A stretch of 61,551 nucleotides of DNA, counting the filler. It is 5 parts of 5 records of this genome, joined end to end, with 100 filler letters (N's around TTAATTAATTAA, not from the genome) between each part and the next. Parts side by side here need not be neighbours in the genome. Positions count along the whole stretch, not along the records: positions 40,972 to 61,551 come from SRR20825006_2181; 4 more parts are not named here. The stretch is one strand, 5' to 3'. The notes below the pieces were generated by a model that ran no database searches, had not been told where the DNA came from, and saw only the letters and a program-made list of their open reading frames with translations. Both the position numbers and the translations under genes were made by a program. Numbering within the stretch: the first letter of the stretch is position 1; each line of letters opens with the position of its first letter. Positions 58,371-61,551 of this stretch are shown piece after piece.

Positions 58371-58925
58371 CTAAATCGGGTTTCGCGCCATCTGGTCGGC
58401 GATGTCGTCGTCAATCGGTGTCTCATAGGTCATCAAGATCGACCCGAGAACGGAATAAAACCCCACAGTCGCGATCAAATCGAACACCGCTTCTCGGCCA
58501 AGACACGCCGCCAATTCCCGCTCAAGCGAGGTAGGGAGGCGGTGATCGTCCAACAGTGCATCAACGGTGCGCACGATCATCCCGTCTTCGCCCTCGGGCA
58601 TGGCTTTGATCGCCAAAATCCTCTCGTCAGAAAACCCAAGGGCGCGCGCCCGCGATACATGATGCGCCCATTCATAGGCCGACCCAAGCCGCACGCCGGT
58701 GCGCAAAATCACCACCTCGGAGCGCTCAAGCCCAAGCGCCGTGTCTTTGACGATATGCTGCCGCAAAGGTGCCCAGGCGCGCACCAGGGCCGGGTGATGT
58801 GCCATCGTGCGATAGACATTAAGTGCGCCAGCGAAACCGCCCCGCAGATCGGCGATGTCATTGGGCCATTGCGCATCGGTGAGCGGCGCAACCTGATCGG
58901 ATATGGTCTTTTGGGGTTTGGTCAT
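58371..58925 (-). CDS. Carboxymuconolactone decarboxylase/AhpD-like protein
   Basis: NVYRTMAHHP; EVVILR; YEWAHH. GGAG RBS favours ATG 58925. Confidence 0.82.
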   Translation of the reverse strand: MTKPQKTISDQVAPLTDAQWPNDIADLRGGFAGALNVYRTMAHHPALVRAWAPLRQHIVKDTALGLERSEVVILRTGVRLGSAYEWAHHVSRARALGFSDERILAIKAMPEGEDGMIVRTVDALLDDHRLPTSLERELAACLGREAVFDLIATVGFYSVLGSILMTYETPIDDDIADQMARNPI

Positions 58926-58936
58926 GAGTGGCTCCG

Positions 58937-58962
58937 TTTGCGCCATAAATTTGCGCCATAAA
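58937..58962. repeat. Exact 13-bp tandem duplication
   Basis: TTTGCGCCATAAA twice (58937-58949, 58950-58962). Confidence 0.9.
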
Positions 58963-59054
58963 GACGTGGACGGAATCCAAAGGCAATCACCGCGTTTGCA
59001 GGCATGATTGATGGACAGTGTTGCAAGTCTTGTGCAAGGCGCGTGCGTGTTGTT

Positions 59055-59960
59055 TCAAGACTCGCTAAAATGTTCCACCAACCCCTTTTCTCTCAAAAGC
59101 GAGGCAAGATATTTCCCGTATTCGGTCTTTTTGAACATTTCGGCATGTTTGCGCATTGTGTCATTGCTGATCCACCCTTGCGTATAGGCGATTTCTTCGG
59201 GACAGCCGGATTGCATACCTTGCCGCTTTGCAAGTGTGCGCACGAAATTGCCTGCGTCCAACAAAGAGCCGTGCGTGCCGGTGTCTAACCAGGCATAGCC
59301 CCGGCCCATAGGCTCAACATTCAATGTCCCATCTGCAAGATAGGTTTCCAGCAACGTGACGATTTCAAGCTCGCCGCGCTCAGAGGGCTTGATCTCCTTT
59401 GCGCGACGTGGGGCGTCACCGTCGAGGAAATAGAGCCCGGTCACCGCATAATGAGACGGCGGGACAGCCGGCTTTTCAATGATCTGCTCGACGGTGCCGT
59501 CGTCACGGAATTTGACCACGCCGTAGCGTTCGGGATCGGCCACATGATAGCCGAACACAGTTCCGCCAATCTCCTTACGATCGGCCGCCTCAAGCATTTC
59601 CGGAAGCCCATGACCAAAGAAAATATTGTCGCCTAAAACCAGCGCCGAGGGCGCGCCATCAAGAAAATCCTCGGACAAGGTAAAGGCCTGGGCCAGACCA
59701 TCGGGAGAGGGCTGTTCGATATAGGTGAAGGACAGGCCCCACTGAGATCCATCCCCCAAAAGGCGTTTGAATTGATCCTGATCGTGGGGCGTGGTGATGA
59801 TCGCGATCTCTTGAATGCCTGCCAGCATCAACACCGACAGCGGATAATAGATCATCGGTTTGTCATAGATAGGCATCAGTTGTTTTGAGATGGCCATGGT
59901 CAAGGGATACAGGCGCGTGCCCGATCCGCCCGCAAGAATGATGCCTTTACGTTTACTCAT
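59055..59960 (-). CDS. rfbA: Glucose-1-phosphate thymidylyltransferase (RmlA)
   Basis: GIILAGGSGTRL; YDKPMIYYP; LGDNIF; EKP; WLDTGT. Confidence 0.97.
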   Translation of the reverse strand: MSKRKGIILAGGSGTRLYPLTMAISKQLMPIYDKPMIYYPLSVLMLAGIQEIAIITTPHDQDQFKRLLGDGSQWGLSFTYIEQPSPDGLAQAFTLSEDFLDGAPSALVLGDNIFFGHGLPEMLEAADRKEIGGTVFGYHVADPERYGVVKFRDDGTVEQIIEKPAVPPSHYAVTGLYFLDGDAPRRAKEIKPSERGELEIVTLLETYLADGTLNVEPMGRGYAWLDTGTHGSLLDAGNFVRTLAKRQGMQSGCPEEIAYTQGWISNDTMRKHAEMFKKTEYGKYLASLLREKGLVEHFSES

Positions 59961-60807
59961 GAGACTCGTTTACCTCGTTAATTGTGGTGCGCACGGCGGC
60001 GCGCCAATCCGGACGATCCAGCCCGTAAGCCGTCTTCAAAGAGCGACAGTCCATCCGGCTGTTTCCCGGCCTTTGGGCCGGGGTTGGATAGGCCGAAGAG
60101 GGGATGTCTTCGACCGCACATGTGATCCCGGCCTCGGCAAAAATCGCACGGGCAAAATCGGCCCAGCTTACGTCCGGCGCGCCAGAGAAATGATAGGTTC
60201 CGGCTGTGTTCGGCTCTGTTTTAAGCCGATTGGCGATTTCGACACAGGCCTGAGCGATGGCACGGGCCGGTGTCGGCCCACCGATTTGATCCGCGACAAT
60301 GGTGAGTTTGTCGCGCTCTGCGCCAAGCCGGAGCATGGTTTTCACAAAATTGTTGCCATGGCTGGAGAACACCCATGATGTGCGCAAGATTGCGCATGTG
60401 CCACCCGCCGCGCGAATGCCATTTTCACCCAAAAGTTTGGTGCGGCCATAGGCGCCCAAAGGGGCGGTCGGATGATCGGGCGTAAACGGTGTCTCGCCGG
60501 ACCCATCAAACACATAATCGGTGGAAATATGGACAAAGGGAATGCCGAGCGCGGCACAGGCTTTGGCCATTTCCGTTGGCGCCGCGCCATTGACCAAAGC
60601 GGCGGTCTCTTCATCCGTCTCGGCCTTATCCACGGCCGTGTAGGCGGCGGCATTGATCACGGCACCCGGTTTGAGGAGGGCGATCTTTTGAGCGCAGAGG
60701 GCAGGATCGCTCAGGTCTGCCTCATCGCGTCCCAAAAACATGGCGTCCGGCAACAGTGCCTGCAGTTCCGTAGCGACCTGACCCGTTTTTCCAAAAACAA
60801 GGATCAT
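59953..60807 (-). CDS. rfbD: dTDP-4-dehydrorhamnose reductase (RmlD)
   Basis: [39 protein letters not shown]. Confidence 0.95.
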   Translation of the reverse strand: MILVFGKTGQVATELQALLPDAMFLGRDEADLSDPALCAQKIALLKPGAVINAAAYTAVDKAETDEETAALVNGAAPTEMAKACAALGIPFVHISTDYVFDGSGETPFTPDHPTAPLGAYGRTKLLGENGIRAAGGTCAILRTSWVFSSHGNNFVKTMLRLGAERDKLTIVADQIGGPTPARAIAQACVEIANRLKTEPNTAGTYHFSGAPDVSWADFARAIFAEAGITCAVEDIPSSAYPTPAQRPGNSRMDCRSLKTAYGLDRPDWRAAVRTTINEVNESHE

Positions 60808-61551
60808 GTGGTCACCCCAAGCCGTTCGCCAACGCCATGCCGGTTTTGCAACGCGCGCCACCAGCGTTCATTCGCCAGATACCATTCCACGGTCAGGGCC
60901 AAACCTTCGTGGATGGTCACGGAGGGGCGCCAGCCAAGCTCGGTGCGAATGCGGGAGGGATCAATCGCATAACGCGCGTCATGGCCGGGACGGTCGGTCA
61001 CAAAGGTGATCTGATCGGCATAGATTCCACTGGATTTGGGTCGTTTTTCGTCCAGAATGGTGCAAAGGCTTTTTACCAGTTCAAGGTTGCTGCGCTCATT
61101 CTCACCGCCGATGTTGTAGCTGCGGCCCAACGCGCCTTTTTCAACGACCAGCAACAGCGCATCGGCGTGGTCTTCCACATAAAGCCAATCGCGGATGTTC
61201 GAGCCATCGCCATAAATCGGAAGATCTTTGCCGGCGAGGGCGTTGAGGATGATCACCGGGACCAGTTTTTCCGGGAAATGAAACGGGCCATAATTGTTTG
61301 AGCAATTCGTCAAAACCACCGGCAGCCCGTAGGTTTCGTGCCATGCGCGTACCAGGTGATCCGAACTGGCTTTCGAGGCGGAATAGGGCGAACGCGGGTC
61401 GTAGGGGGTTTCTTCGGTGAACATCACGGACGGATCATTTGGGAGAGAGCCAAAGACTTCGTCGGTGGAGATATGGTGGAACCGAAAGCCCTCCGGTTTG
61501 CCCGCCTCTACCCAATATTTGCGCGCCGCCTCAAGCATGTTGAAGGTGCCG
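60804..61551 (-). CDS. rfbB: dTDP-glucose 4,6-dehydratase (RmlB), 5'-truncated by window edge
   Basis: [36 protein letters not shown]. Confidence 0.96.
   Translation of the reverse strand, partial: GTFNMLEAARKYWVEAGKPEGFRFHHISTDEVFGSLPNDPSVMFTEETPYDPRSPYSASKASSDHLVRAWHETYGLPVVLTNCSNNYGPFHFPEKLVPVIILNALAGKDLPIYGDGSNIRDWLYVEDHADALLLVVEKGALGRSYNIGGENERSNLELVKSLCTILDEKRPKSSGIYADQITFVTDRPGHDARYAIDPSRIRTELGWRPSVTIHEGLALTVEWYLANERWWRALQNRHGVGERLGVTT

Noticed and set aside
1-61551. CRISPR array, tRNA/rRNA, transposase, integrase or defence system
   Set aside because: No repeat-spacer pattern, structural RNA signature or relevant protein motif was seen on reading. The only tandem repeats are the coding repeats and the 13-bp duplication.

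Overview
This window is not one locus. It is five unrelated contig pieces joined by identical 100-nt artificial linkers (44 N + TTAATTAATTAA + 44 N) at 12601-12700, 27914-28013, 34220-34319 and 40872-40971, so gene adjacency is only meaningful within a piece. All pieces look alphaproteobacterial; piece 3 is visibly less GC-rich and may come from a different organism. (1) 1-12600: adhesin/biofilm-type type I secretion locus with two K/R-free polyacidic proteins, TolC + C39-like ABC + HlyD, a co-oriented single-POTRA Omp85, a GT4 glycosyltransferase, a NarL/LuxR regulator, a soluble HisKA-HATPase-REC-HPt kinase, a truncated BapA-prefix protein with (D/E)PT repeats, and a perfect CtrA box. (2) 12701-27913: glcD fragment, an rpmJ (type B L36) missed by the ORF track, metabolic genes, then a HAD phosphatase / phosphoribosyltransferase-like+GT2 / methyltransferase / RTX protein / PrtD / PrtE cluster. 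This looks like a split PRPP-dependent ribofuranosyltransferase linked to a T1SS cargo and is the best candidate for an undescribed system. (3) 28014-34219: TPR-OGT/SPINDLY-like protein with degenerate catalytic motifs, gmhB, AEC transporter, DinB, thiD, glmM fragment. (4) 34320-40871: sugar ABC transporter with PfkB kinase, class I aldolase and TIM-barrel epimerase. (5) 40972-61551: aromatic catabolism island with intradiol and extradiol modules, ABC and TRAP uptake, LysR and IclR regulators, followed by rfbA/D/B. No CRISPR, rRNA, tRNA or transposase was seen. All calls come from reading motifs; no database searches were run.
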